64,000 bases of DNA from Octopus sinensis (Eukaryota), in NCBI RefSeq assembly GCF_006345805.1, contig NC_043006.1:94364001-94428000 (forward strand). Direction: 5' to 3'. Positions 12,705 through 26,029 of this stretch are shown here, in pieces (the stretch's first letter is position 1; the number at the start of each line of letters is the position of its first letter). The translations under genes and the position numbers were made by a program. Below the pieces are notes generated by a model. The model ran no database searches. It worked only from the letters and a program-made list of their open reading frames with translations, and was not told where the DNA came from.

Positions 12705-13712
12705 AATAATATTGTGTGTCCCCAATTTATTATTTTGATGCGTGGACACCCCCAAAATTTTATATGAACCCTTAGGGGCCATATGGTTCCTAGTTGAGAA
12801 CCCCCATATTAGACAGAGAATCATTTACCAAAATTATAGCGGCCATATTGTTTGTCTTCGTGTTGTTAAAGAATTCAGAGACTGAGAATAGGAATGGACG
12901 ATTGACATTATTGTGGTACAGATGAAACGAATGGGTAAAGCTGTTTGGGCAATGTTTAGGATATGGCACAGACGAACACGACTGAAAAGAATACCTCCAC
13001 CTTCGCTAAGGCGGAGGTAATAAGTAAATATTGATACTAATAATAAGTACTGGGGTTGATTCGTTCAACTAAAATTCTTCAAGGCGCTGCCCCAGCATAG
13101 CCGCAGCATAATGACTGAAACAAGTAAAAGATAAAAGGGTGGGAGGGATGAAAGAGAGATTATAATTTTCTAATTGAACACGTTTGATATAAACACTTTC
13201 CCTCAGGGATTCACATCTGCAGAGCAAGTAACCTCTCAGGCCGTACAAGACATTTTCCGAGTATGTTATATTCGCACCTGGTAGATGTTTTGATGGGAAT
13301 ATCTCACGAATAGTGCTCACATGGATTCCTTAACAGATGTGTGGCTTTTATTTACCCCAGGACAGTCTTTTGCGTACATTAAATTGGATCGTTTTAACAA
13401 TTGTTTCATGCCGCAGAGCGCGGCACTCCGCGGGTGACATGTGTTGGACGGTTGTTAAATATGTATATTATGCCCTCTACAGAAAAATGGTTCAATCGAT
13501 ATTTGAGGTTACAACCAAAGATTTTGATGGGCCTTTTAAGATTTTAAGAAGTATATATGTATATGCGCACGCAGACACACACGCATATATATATATATAT
13601 ATATATATTATAATAGTGGTTTTATCTCTAATTTAATTTATATTTATACTGTTAAATTTGATTTAATCCTAAATCTAATTTTTCCCTGTACGTTTGGATA
13701 TACTCCCTAACA

Positions 13713-13771
<59 letters not shown>

Positions 13772-14027
13772 TGTGTGTATGTGTATGTGTGTCTCTTTAT
13801 ATATATGTGTGTGTATGTGTGCGTATAGTATATTTAGTGTATGTAGCCTGCTTGGAATAGGGTGTTCAACAGGTTCGGACGAAGTCACCCCGAGGCCGCT
13901 TATATGTGTATATATTATATACATGCACAAGCAAATGCCAGGCAGGCAACTAATGATGTATCTATTTTAATAATCGAGAACCCCGTCGGTCGAAATCCTG
14001 GGTACGTCCGGGCATATGTACATCTAT

Positions 14028-14062
<35 letters not shown>

Positions 14063-14081
14063 ATCTATCTATCTATCTACA

Positions 14082-14171
<90 letters not shown>

Positions 14172-14175
14172 CATA

Positions 14176-14207
<32 letters not shown>

Positions 14208-14435
14208 GTACATATATATGAATATATAAATATGCGCGCGCTTGTGTATGTGTGTGTTGTGTGTACGTATTTATGTGCCTATGTAGTTATGGTGACCGCG
14301 TTAACTTTACTCTTCATTTTTCAAATTAGGTATTAACATTTTTGCGGGACAGCTGTCTCAATATTTGTAAAATGCGTGATAGATAGATAAATAAACAGAT
14401 ACGGAGATAGGTGGATAGACAGACAGACAGACAGC

Positions 14436-14531
<96 letters not shown>

Positions 14532-14536
14532 TAGAC

Positions 14537-14582
<46 letters not shown>

Positions 14583-14984
14583 AACTACTTGATAAACCTA
14601 AAACAGCGTGAGTTTATCTAAAACGTATTGATATAGAGATATATATATATATAAAACATTACTTGTATGAGTGCATTTGAGCGTGTGCGAGGCTCCGTGT
14701 GTGCTTAAGCAAAAGATGATTATCTTTGTAAAGTAAAGTATCCGAATGTATGTTTGCACGTCAGCGAAAATAAACCTTCGAATAAAATTAACAAAAGCAA
14801 CATGTGTTTGTAAATATGAACATATTCTTTTTCTGTTTATTCCATTTAACTTTCCATATCTTTAATTTTCTGTTTGTGTTGCTGCGAGTGTGGCAAGAAG
14901 GCAAGAATTTCCACCCGAATTGTTTCTTTAGAGCTGCGCGGTTTCTTTCATGCCTCTGTTTATGCTCGTATATTTTTGACGCTT

Positions 14985-15222
14985 GAGGGCTGCGAGCTGG
15001 CAGAACCGTTAGCACGCCGGGCGAAATGCGTAGCCGTATTTCATCTGTCGTTACGTTCCAAGTTCAAATTCCGCCAAGGTCGACTTTGCCTTTCATCCTT
15101 TCGGGGTCGATAAATTAAGTACCAGTTACGCACTGGGGTCCATATAATCGACTTAATCCCTTTGTCTGTCCTTTTTTGTCCCCTCTGTATTTAGCCCCCT
15201 GTGGGTAGTAAAAAGAAATATT
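14985..15222 (+). mobile_element. SINE family B
   Basis: Matches the family B consensus from head to tail. Confidence 0.9.
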
Positions 15223-15317
15223 TTTCACGCTTGTTTACAGTGCAAATGTGTATGTGTGCGAATGAGTGTGCGTGCATATATGTTACGAGTACTCTATTTT
15301 ATCACCCTCCGTCGGTT

Positions 15318-15546
15318 ACTCCACAGACACGTGTACCCTCAACGTAGTTCGCAGGGAGATTCAGCGTGACACAGAGCGTGACAAGGCTGGCTCTTTGAAA
15401 TACAGGTACCACTCATTTATGCCAGCTGACTGAACTGGAGCAACGGGAAATAAAGTGTCTTGCTCAAGGACACAACGCGTCGCCGGGAATTGAACTCACG
15501 ACCTTACGTTCGTGAGTCGAAAGCCCTAACCTCTAAATCACGCGCC
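15318..15546 (-). mobile_element. tRNA-derived SINE family C
   Basis: Reverse complement begins ggcgcgtg...gagttcaattcccggcgacgcgttgtgtccttgagcaagacac (A/B boxes plus CORE-like tccttgagcaagacac). Confidence 0.8.
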
Positions 15547-15809
15547 TTTACTTATTTTATCAAAGGATTAAATATTTGACTCTGGTGGAATTTGAACTCT
15601 GAGGAACTATCGCATGGCATTTTCTCCGACGTTTTATCATTCTATAATGATAATAATTCTTCCATGGGAACAAGGTTTGAAATTTTGGGGAGGAGGTAAG
15701 CTGGCGATGAAAACCAAAGTTCAATTCAGTGGGATTTGAGCTTTGAACAAGAAAAGCTCAAATAAAAATACGCATGGTATTTCCTGCAACACCACCACTG
15801 TCTTAAGAC

Positions 15810-16193
15810 AATGGTTTCAAATTTTGCCACAAGGGTAGCCATTTTGGTGGAGGGGAGATAGTTGATTACATCGATACAAGTGTTTCGCTGGTACTTTATT
15901 TATCGACCCCTAAAAGATAAAAGGCAAAGTCGACTGCGGCGGAATTTGAATTCAGAATGTAACGGCAGACGAAGTATCTGTTTCTTAACTACCCACAAGG
16001 GGCTAAACATAGACATGGACAGACAAACGGATTAAGTCGATTACATCGACCCCCAGTGCGTAACTGGTACTTAATTTATCGACCCCGAAAGGTTGAAAAG
16101 CAAAGTCGACTTCGGCAGAATTTGAACTCAGAACGTAACGGCAGACGAAATACCGCACAGCCCGGCGTGCTAACGGTTCTGCCAGCTCGCCGT
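15810..16193 (-). mobile_element. SINE family B dimer (full unit plus head-less second unit)
   Basis: Two successive cores; junction near 15978 is equivalent to aagaaatag|gtatttcgtctg. Confidence 0.8.
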
Positions 16194-16553
16194 CTTTATG
16201 CCGAGTTATTATTATACTATCTGTCTTCCATATTAGCTTTCTCTTCGTAAATAACAAAGCCTTTCGCGTTTGTTTACAAATATTATATGTAAAATTAGAC
16301 AGTTTAAGTATATATTTATTAAATTTGACTGAAACTGATGGGTGAGCATTCGGCCAATCAGATATGCAAGGAGCCGCGTAAGCGTTGATTTGCGGATTCG
16401 ATTCTGTTTTTATTTTAAAATTGTCGCTTCAAATCGGAGAATAAATATTATTATTACGCTATATTATTATACAGATATCATTATGCAATGAGTCTTCTAA
16501 GCAGCTTTCTTTCTGTAACTTACAAAGCCTTTCGCGTTTGTTTACAAATATTA

Positions 16554-16846
16554 TATATATATAAATAAATAAATGGAGTTAAACGCAGGTGTTATTCAAA
16601 TTCTTTACTTCCGACGCATGTTTCGAAGATATCACTGGTATTATTCCAAATAAAATGGTGTAAAACAATGTAATCTTCTCTTCAATGTAGTATTATTGAC
16701 GAGTTTCATTTCTTCACTTCCCTGAAGAGAAGATTACATTGTATTACACCTTTTTATTCCTTTGGCGATATCTTCAAAACATGTGTCGGAAGTAAAAGAA
16801 TTTGAATAACACCTGCGTTTAACTCCATTTATTTATTTATATATAT
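16554..16846. repeat. ~290-bp palindrome (arms ~130 bp, loop 16685-16722), PLE pLTR-like
   Basis: taaataaatggagttaaacgcaggtgttattcaaa... pairs with ...tttgaataacacctgcgtttaactccatttattta; inner arms ggtgtaaaacaatgtaatcttctcttca / tgaagagaagattacattgtattacacc. Confidence 0.9.
16716..16793 (+). ncRNA. Type I hammerhead fold with G12A substitution
   Basis: Stem I ACUUCC/GGAAGU; CUGAAGA; stem II GAAGAU/AUCUUC; AAAAC here, whereas the opposite arm retains GAAAC; GUC triplet. Confidence 0.7.
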
Positions 16847-17012
16847 TATACAAAAACATTTCACATCAACTCGAAGTTTCTACCTTTAAAAACAAGGAGT
16901 TACAACCTTTTTACTTGTGTGATTTTTTGCTACCCTAGTAAGTATCTATCTATTTTTTCCGTGTTAATAAACAAGGGAAAAATACACACATCTGTTTATA
17001 TATACATACAAA

Positions 17013-17058
<46 letters not shown>

Positions 17059-17479
17059 GTGTGTGTGTGTGCATGCATTTATATATATATCAAAAGTCCG
17101 AATAAGCACTAGAATTTATTATACTTAATGAAAAAATAGAAAAGTGCCCAGTGGTATTCGCGATGTGCCAGGCTAGTCTTTCGCCTTTAACTCCCCCAGT
17201 CACTAGAAAGACAATACTAGTCAGTTCCATTGACTACATATGTAAGTACTATCCATCCATCCATTCATACGCACACATAAATACGAAGACACTTAAGATA
17301 GACAACATTTGTACGTTTCGCCAAAGGAAGAAGCATCCATATTATTTGTATCTGTCCTTATTTCCTCAACTACAATGGATAGGGCAGCAGCATGAAAGAA
17401 CACCCACACAACAACAGGAAGGTTCACGATGGTGGTGGTGGTGGTGGTGGTGGTGGTGTGGTAGTGGTGGTGGTGGTGG

Positions 17480-17511
<32 letters not shown>

Positions 17512-17721
17512 GTGACGACGACGATTTTATATCCTCTCATACTCTGATGTCCACTGGCATGAGATGAGACAGTTGCACTGAAAGCTTCAACTTGATGGTC
17601 GGAATATTGATTAGGTGTATGAAAATGGATATGTGTTTGTGTGTGTATGTGCGTGTATGTGTATCTATGTATATATATATTTTTTTTCATGTATATGGAT
17701 ATGTATTTTCCCCTCTATGTA

Positions 17722-17761
<40 letters not shown>

Positions 17762-17796
17762 CATACATACATATATACATACATACATGTGTATAG

Positions 17797-17837
<41 letters not shown>

Positions 17838-18237
17838 GACATCGTTTCTTGAAGTCCAAACGCTTAACACAAAGGAAATAAAACGGCAACAACAACAACC
17901 ACAGCAATATGAAGAAATAGCGGAAACAGACTTTTGCGCCGGAAAAAAAGACGAGGACTGAGATAGTGTGGGGGGTGGGGGTGCTGCTGGTGGTGGTGGT
18001 AATGGTGCTGCTGCTACTGCGGTTCTTGTTATTGTTTGGGATTTTGTATTATTATTTTTTTCCTTCTTCTGTCTTAAAAACAAGTTTCTTTCGTTTCTTT
18101 TTTCTCTTCGCGTGTTTGTTTCTGATCTTTGACGTTTCACCGACATGTCAGCTGGTCGTGTCAAAGATTTACACACACCACACACAAAACATGTGTCCTC
18201 ACATATATGCACACACACATGTGTTTGTGTGTGTCTG

Positions 18238-18280
<43 letters not shown>

Positions 18281-18829
18281 TATATATATAGTACATATAA
18301 TTACCATTATATATATAATATATATATACCATATATTATATATATATATTATATTATATATTACATATATAATATATATATATATATATATATCTGCCCA
18401 TACACATATATACACGCAGACAGACAGGCAGATAGACACGTACACACACAGATAGGTAGAGAGATAGATGTTCTTTCATCGCTCTGTTTGTTTCAGTCTT
18501 TAGACTGTGTCAGACTGGAGCACCGCCTCGAAATATTTTTAGTCAATCATATCGACCTGGGTATATATACATTTTCCACTTGTATTGAGTTCGTATAGAA
18601 CAATAACATTTACAGATTCAGCAAAGAGTTTTCAAGTTATTCTCGTGGCTATTTTTATGATGTGAAATTATCCTGTCGTGTGTAATTTTTTGCTGAAGCT
18701 GAGTTTAGATCTTTGAATTTTTCAAACGAAGTGTTTCAAATAAAATATGGGAAGAAAGAAAAAAAAGAAAGAAAAAGAGGACTAAAATATTGACATATTT
18801 TTGATACAACATATCTGAAAGAAAAGTAA

Positions 18830-19015
18830 GTTGGCGAGTTGGCAGAATGGTTAGCACGCTGGACGAAAGTGCTTAGCGGCAAGAGTTCAAATTCCGCCGT
18901 TGTCGACTTTGCCTTTCATCCTTTCGGGATTGATAAAAGAAGTACCAGTGGAGCACTAGAATCGATGTAATCGACTAGCCCCCGTCCCTTAAATTGTGCC
19001 CAAATTTGAAACCAA
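18830..19015 (+). mobile_element. SINE family B with internal deletion
   Basis: ggcgagttggcagaatggttagcacg...gagttcaaattccgcc...gcctttcatcctttcggg. Confidence 0.8.
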
Positions 19016-19221
19016 CACAACGTATCATAAGGAAAAGTTATTCCACAATATAAAATGTGTGGTGTAAGATATTCTATGGCAAGATTTTGGTAGTGACATG
19101 CCTAATGGAAAAACGAGTCGACATATTTCTATACAATTAAATCATATGCGTCTGTATCTAGTTTGCGTTGAGAACAAGCACACAGAAATAGGGAAGAGAA
19201 CCATTCCTAAACCATCTGAAT

Positions 19222-19970
19222 ATAAGCTGAGTAAACTTTTTCCTCTGCCTCTCTTTCTCTTTTCCTCCCCATAAAATTGGTGTGATTCTGTTCCTTTCGT
19301 CTCTTTCTCACTTACTCTGTTCCCTTCTTATTTATAACGAGCAGTATAGCTTGAACCTGCTAACTGTAATAATATACTGCTTGTTATTCAATACTGATGA
19401 TGGAAAATATGCAAAAACAAATTGTTTACGGATATAGAAGTGTAAGAAGTATAAAGTATTAAATAAATTTAAAATTAATTGCATAAGCATAACGTTTTAA
19501 CTCATTTAAAAAATCATTTTCACTTCTTTAGTTGCTTCTCTCACACATGAAAGAAATATACACCTAGTCAGCGATCTCTTAATATGTGTGTGTGTACGTA
19601 TACATGTATACACGTATAGGGAGAGTTTACGAAAAAAACAAAAGATGAAGACAGGTAGTGAACAAAACAAACCGATGTATTAGTAATAGAAAAAGGAATA
19701 GAAAAAGTCTTTTATGTTTCGAGCCTACGCTTTTCTACAGAAAGGGACACAGAGAAAAACAAGGTGAGAAAAAAAATGTGTGTAGCGGCTAACGATCTAT
19801 CATGGCGACTGAACCATTATTACAGTTAGCAGGTTCAAGCTATACTGCTCGTTATAAATAAGAGTGGAACAGAGTAAGTGAGAAAGAGACGAAGAAAGGA
19901 ACAGAATCACACCAATTTTATGGGGAGGAAAAGAGAAAGAGAGGCAGAGGAAAAAGTTTACTCAGCTTAT
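19222..19970. repeat. Long inverted repeat, arms 19222-19373 and 19816-19970
   Basis: About 150-bp arms, near-identical reverse complements (ataagctgagtaaactttttcc...ctaactgtaataat). Confidence 0.9.
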
Positions 19971-20548
19971 ACATATATGTATGCATGTAGGCGTATGTAC
20001 AAAGAAAGTAAGGCAGGCAGGAAGAAAAGAAGGAAAAAGGCGAGAAAGAAAGACCTGTTTTGTTATATAACACGCTTCGTGTAGTGCTTCTATCGTCGTT
20101 GGGCCCACGGTGTGTGCCACTCGCTCCACGTTGCCAGTTATACCACGTCTTCATCTGGCCATGAAGCTAAGTTAAATGTATGATGTGTAGTATGACATAT
20201 TGCGCTCCCTCCAGTGTTCAGTCTTTTTCTGTAGGATCGTAGATACTGGTGTTGACCACTGCAAGTCCCAGGAAGGTGGACTCGGTTAGAGCACAACGAT
20301 AATTTCCTGCTCCTGTTCCTGATGATGTACATTCAAGCATATTGTCTGGGACATGTGATGTTGCTTTTGTTGCATCTATTTCAGTGTTCTTTGTCTGTCT
20401 CAACTGAGTAGGAGAGATAAAGTGTGAAGGATATTGTCTATTTTTCTAACATTTTAGAGGATGTTAAAAGTTTATGCTGGCAGGAACTGTTGTCGTCAAA
20501 GCTCGTGGGGCGAACAAACTGTGCCCTTCAAATATCCAGGTAATTCTT

Positions 20549-20920
20549 TTATTCTTTTACTCGTTTCAGTCATTTGACTGGGGCCATGCTGGAGCAGCAA
20601 CTTTCTTTTAGTCGAACAAATCGACCCCTGGACTTATTCTTTGTAAACCTGGTACTTATTTTATCGGTTTCTTCTGCCGAACCGCTAAGTTAAGGGACGT
20701 AAACACAACAACATCGGGTGTCAAACGATGGGATGGGGAACGAACACAGACACAAAAACACATAAATATACACAGATATATGTGACGGGCTTCTTTCAGT
20801 TTCCGTCTACAAAATCCACTCACAAGGCTTTGGTCGACCCGAGGCTATAGTAGACGACGCAGTGGCACTGGACCTAGAACCATGTGGTGGGAAAGCAAGC
20901 TTCTTACCACACAGCTACGC
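20549..20920 (-). mobile_element. SINE family A
   Basis: Reverse complement of the family A head, body and tail. Confidence 0.85.
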
Positions 20921-21359
20921 TTCTATAATATAATATATTTAGTAACTAGACAATGGCTGTGGTCTTTATACAATCTGTTGTTTCTAGGTTATTGTGAAGA
21001 GATCAGAGCTCAAACAGGACTAGCATAGTCCAGCTTGTTACTCCTTTCTTTTTGTAGGTAAATGCATCTTTGATAATAGCAAGCATGTTAGTCGATTGCT
21101 TTGCGTTCTTACTATGACTTCTATTACATGATTTGCGAATTTTTTAAAAATGTTTTTTGTTTAACTCCAAGTATTTTTGCCATTTTGTGTGTTTAGTAAA
21201 TAGATACTGTCAGTTATGTCGTATTTCATGTTCTTTGATGTTACTAGTAAGAAACGAGGCAGTGGTTCTGCTAGATACCACTGCAAAGTCTTCGGGTTTT
21301 CCTATCCAAAAGGATTATCCAATTCAATATTTACATGCTATCATTTATATCGTTATAAA

Positions 21360-22330
21360 GGCAGCGAGCTGGCAGAATCGTTAGCACGCCGGACAAAATA
21401 CTTAGTGATATTTCGTCTGCCGTTACGTTCCGAGTTCAAATTCCGCCGAAGTCGACTTTGCCTTTCATCCTTTTGGGGTCGATTAAATAAGTACCAGTTA
21501 CGCACTGGGGTCGATATAATCGACTTAATCCGTTTGTCTGTCCTTGTTTGTCCTCTCTGTGTTTAGCCCCTTGTGGGTAGTAAAGAAATAGGTATTTCGC
21601 CTGTCGCTACACTCCGTGTTCAAATTCCACCGAGGTCTACTCTGCCTTTCATCCTTTCGGGGTCGATAAATTAAGTACCAGTAAAACACCGGGGTTGATG
21701 TAAACGCCTATTCCCCTCCCCCTATATTTCAGGCCTCGTGCCTTTAGTAGAAATGATTATTTATGTTTTTTGGTCCAGTTCTAAAATGGAATTATACATA
21801 CATACATACATACATACATACATACAGACATACACACACATCTATGTGTGTGTGCATGCACGCGCACGCGTGTGTATACATGCACAATCTCATAAACATA
21901 TATGTACTCTAACAAGGCAGCGAGCTGGCAGAATCGTTAGCACGCCGGACAAAATGCTTAGTGGTATTTCGTCTGCCGCTACGTTGTGAGTTCAAATTCC
22001 GCCGAGGTCGACTTTGCCTTTCATCCTTTCGGGGTCGATTAAATAAGAACCAGTTATGCACTGGGGTCGATACAATCGACTTAATCCGTTTGTGTGTCCT
22101 TGTTTATCCTCTCTGTGTTTAGCCCCTTGTGGGTGTTAAAGAAATAGGTATTTCGTCTGCCGTTACGTTCCGAGTTCAAATTCCGCCGTGGTCGACTTTG
22201 CCTTTCATCCTTTCGGGGTCGATAAATTAAGTACCAGTTACGCACTGGGGTCCATATAATCGACTTAATCCCTTTGTCTGTCCTTGTTTCTCCCCTCTAT
22301 GTTTAGCCCCTTGTGGGCAATAAAGAAATA
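21360..22330 (+). mobile_element. Two SINE family B dimers (21360-~21760 and 21916-22330)
   Basis: Four cores; tail-to-internal junctions aaagaaatag|gtatttcg at ~21591 and ~22147. Confidence 0.9.
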
Positions 22331-22806
22331 TTTGTGTACTATAACATAAACAACAGACTGTACAGCAGTCCATTTCATGGCACGTTAAAACATCATAGCC
22401 TGATGCTTTAACTTGTCATGAAATACTCTGAAGTATAGTCTGTTCGTTATATGTATAGGCATGTGACGGGCGATATAGCGATGCTTATCTGATTAACGTC
22501 AAGTACGAAACAGCTGTAAGCTAATGGAATAAACATCTATTCTTTCAAATGGTCACTTTTTATACATTCTGCCCACCCTAGGGATTCCTAGATTTTCAAA
22601 ACGATGGCGAGGTAGCATCCTAGTGTTGACCACTGTCTTTCTCGATGTCAACACCCCAGGAGGGGAGCTAACTGTGAGGTCTGTTAGATTCTTTGAATAG
22701 GTATTCTTATATATATATATGTACACACACACACACAAACACGCATATATATATATATATATATAAATAAATATATATATATATATACACACACACACAA
22801 ACACGC

Positions 22807-22839
<33 letters not shown>

Positions 22840-22984
22840 AACACGCATATATATATATATATAAACTTTTTGCATAAGTTTTTACCGAATATGGTCCTTT
22901 TCCATACCGAAAAACTACTAGGTGAAATTTGTTGATTTTATTAATTAATAATTTTCACCCCTTATCTGTAATGATTATATATAT

Positions 22985-23049
<65 letters not shown>

Positions 23050-23887
23050 CACTCAAGTCGCTTCCACACAGATTGTGTTCGTCGACAAATTCCAGTCACA
23101 AAGCATTATTCATTCAGAATTTTCAACAAAAAGCGATTTTTTGAAGATGTCGAGACCGAACCCAGAAGAGCGTGTTTGAGAAATGAACTTCGCAACCACA
23201 CGGCTATTGCACTGAAATTACATTTTAACTACTGACATTATAGTTAATATAACGCAACATAATGTAACATAACGTTCGTTTTTCTGTATCTGTGTGTGTG
23301 TATGCTTTTGTATATGTTTCTGTATATGTATGTTTGTGTGTCTACACACAAATTTTAAGACATTTCTGTACTCGTCTCTGATTGGTTAAACAGATGCTTT
23401 TTTTTTTCTTTTATAGCATTTAATATAAACCGAGAACGTGAAAGCGCGCTACGTGTGTGTACGTGTGGATGTGTCTGCTTTTTCTTCTGTACAATTTTTT
23501 ATTCAGGCAAAATATCTTTAAATGAAAATAAGTGTAACATCAACAATATAACGACAGCACAGCAACGACGGTGGCGGCGACGACGACACAAATTCAGCAA
23601 AAAGCAAAAAAAAAAATGTCTCTAGACAGATATGAATGATATTTGTCTCGTTTTGCTTTTCATCTAAAATATATTTGCTGGTGATGTTTTTCTTCTTGTT
23701 GTCGTCATCGTGTTGCTTTTTGCTTCGTTTACTCGTGTTCAGATGTTTTTGGTGTTTTTGTAAAACTTCTGAAAAGATGTCAAGATTCGAGATTCGTCTC
23801 GGTGGACCAGGCGGGAGAGGAGTTGGTGGCAATTCAATTTATGATGCACCCCCAACACACACACACGCGTACGCACAAAAAAAAAAA

Positions 23888-23921
<34 letters not shown>

Positions 23922-24199
23922 GTGTATTTGTATATATTTATGTGTATATAAATACGCAGCGAATATATATATGGAGAGAAATGGAGAGAGAGAGAGAAAT
24001 GGCCAGTTGACAGATATACATCCGTACTGTGAAATATATATATATATATATATATAACAGACATAAAGACGTACACCTATATGTATACACACAGATATAT
24101 GTGTGTATGTGCGTGTATGCATGTATGTCACAAATCTCTTAAGAAGAAATAGCCAATTTGATAAGAAAACGGACCAACACAACTTAAAGCCTCTGCATT

Positions 24200-24560
24200 G
24201 AAATCTTATTAAATCTCACACTCATCAAGAAATTGTTGATCGCATTTGAAGAAAACTTGTTTCGATTCATGAAAAAGATCAATGCCAGAAGTTGTTGTCA
24301 TTCTTTGCAGAAACCCTTTTAAACAAAATTTAAGACTTGAAAAAAATCAGAGAATATCTTCATCAACTCAGAAATAGACTTAAAACATTTTTTACGAGAT
24401 TGACAAAAACACCAATCGAAAATTGCCTTCGTACACTATAATATCCCATCAGCAATGCAAAATATCATTCATAGACTCAGTATAGGTGACTCTTGAACCG
24501 CCAGTCGATCGTGTTTACTTTTAATGACCATAAGAAAACTTTTAACTGATATAATCCACA
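24200..24560 (+). pseudogene. Decayed Penelope-like element RT N-terminal fragment
   Basis: Frameshifted translation IAFEENLFRFMKKIN...ENIFINS...FYEIDKNTNRKL resembles the PLE motif FExDL..MI..I.F...IFVxADKTxNxYE...Y.KL. Confidence 0.4.
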
Positions 24561-24654
24561 ACAAAATAATAAACACCACTATGATGTACATAGGCAAAAG
24601 TCACCGATGATTATTCGAAAGGGTTAGATTTTATCATGCTTACCTTTATGTGAA

Positions 24655-24770
24655 GGCGCGTGGCCTAGCGGTCAGAGTGTTGCGCTCACGGTCGCTAGAT
24701 CTTAGGGTCGATTCCTGTACCGGGAGGCGTGTTCTTGAGCCAAACACTTTATTTCAAGTGACTCTAGTGC
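24655..24770 (+). mobile_element. SINE family C head
   Basis: ggcgcgtggcctagcggtcagagtg...gggtcgattcc...ttcttgagccaaacactttatttca. Confidence 0.7.
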
Positions 24771-25025
24771 TCTTTGAAGGTCGGCACGTCGAATAATGAA
24801 ACCAAAGTTTCCTCTACGGGTTGTAAAAAAAAAGGCAGGTTGAAGTAAGGTTTGCTCTCTGACCTCGGAAAAAACCTTACCAGCCACCAAATACCCAAAA
24901 CAGAGCCATGAGTTGGAGGGTTGCCGCCTAAGTTGTGTAGAGGTATTATCGGTCAGGAACGGTAAGAAACCACAAATGAATGGTGGCTGCAGCGACTCAC
25001 TATTGCAGCTCATGTCCCCATATTA

Positions 25026-25087
<62 letters not shown>

Positions 25088-25855
25088 ACCTTTATGGAAT
25101 AGCACTGCGATTATCGACTGGTTCAAAGCCATGCCTATTAAGCGTAGATGAACCTTTTTTTTCCAGTTCGATATCCGTATCAATTACTTGTTTGTTAGCA
25201 AATCACTTTTCCTTCAACTAATACATTTTGCAAAAAATGTCAGGAATTAAAACATAAATATTCCTATTTGTGCGCCGAACATTTGTGAGTACAAAGACTC
25301 TATCTGGATCAATAAGCACTCCTCTACGACCTTTGTGCTAGCGGCTCGATGGAGAAGAGCGACTTTATCAGCATTTACTTTCTACATAAAATTAGGGGTC
25401 ATATACGCGGGGGGCTGCAGGAGAGCTGCACGAAAACGACTGCTTTCTTGTCGTCAAGGACTAGGAAAAAAAAAAGCCATATCGAATTGTTTATCGTAAT
25501 CCAAAGATTAAAAACAAAACCCAGTGATACTCAGGAGTATCCAATACATAAAATGCAGAGTAATATGTTTTATGTATATTTACATATTTACGAGGATGCC
25601 TTCGCTTCTTTCGAAATGTGTGTGCGTGGGGGAGGGTGAATATACATAATATTTATATATCTTATATTACTTGTAATATTCAATTTATAAAATAAGACTG
25701 TCTGTTGCATCTATCGATATATCTGGCTATATCATCTATTTTCTTTGTGTATTGCCCGTTCGTCAATTTATCTGAGTAGTCTCAGGGACTGATGTAAACG
25801 ACAGCATTAATTAAATATTTACAATCTTCTTTCGATGATATATACATACATATAC

Positions 25856-25928
<73 letters not shown>

Positions 25929-26029
25929 ATGCTGTCTATAAATCTTAACACACACACACACACATATATATATATAATACATACACAAAAATCCTCACGT
26001 ACATACATATATCAATATATATATATATT

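Larger units (their letters stand above)
12119..12806. mobile_element. hAT-type MITE with 8-bp TSD, carrying a nested palindromic insertion
   Basis: TIRs CAGGGGTTCTCAAC / GTTGAGAACCCCCA; flanks TATTAGAT (12111-12118) and TATTAGAC (12807-12814). Confidence 0.85.

Noticed and set aside
18123-18168. Hairpin ATCTTTGAC...GTCAAAGAT as a pre-miRNA
   Set aside because: Only a 9-bp stem and ~45 nt overall, too short for a pre-miRNA.
20138-20403. Short minus-strand ORFs in GC-balanced unique sequence
   Set aside because: Probably an old TE remnant, but I could not recognise any motif to support a call.
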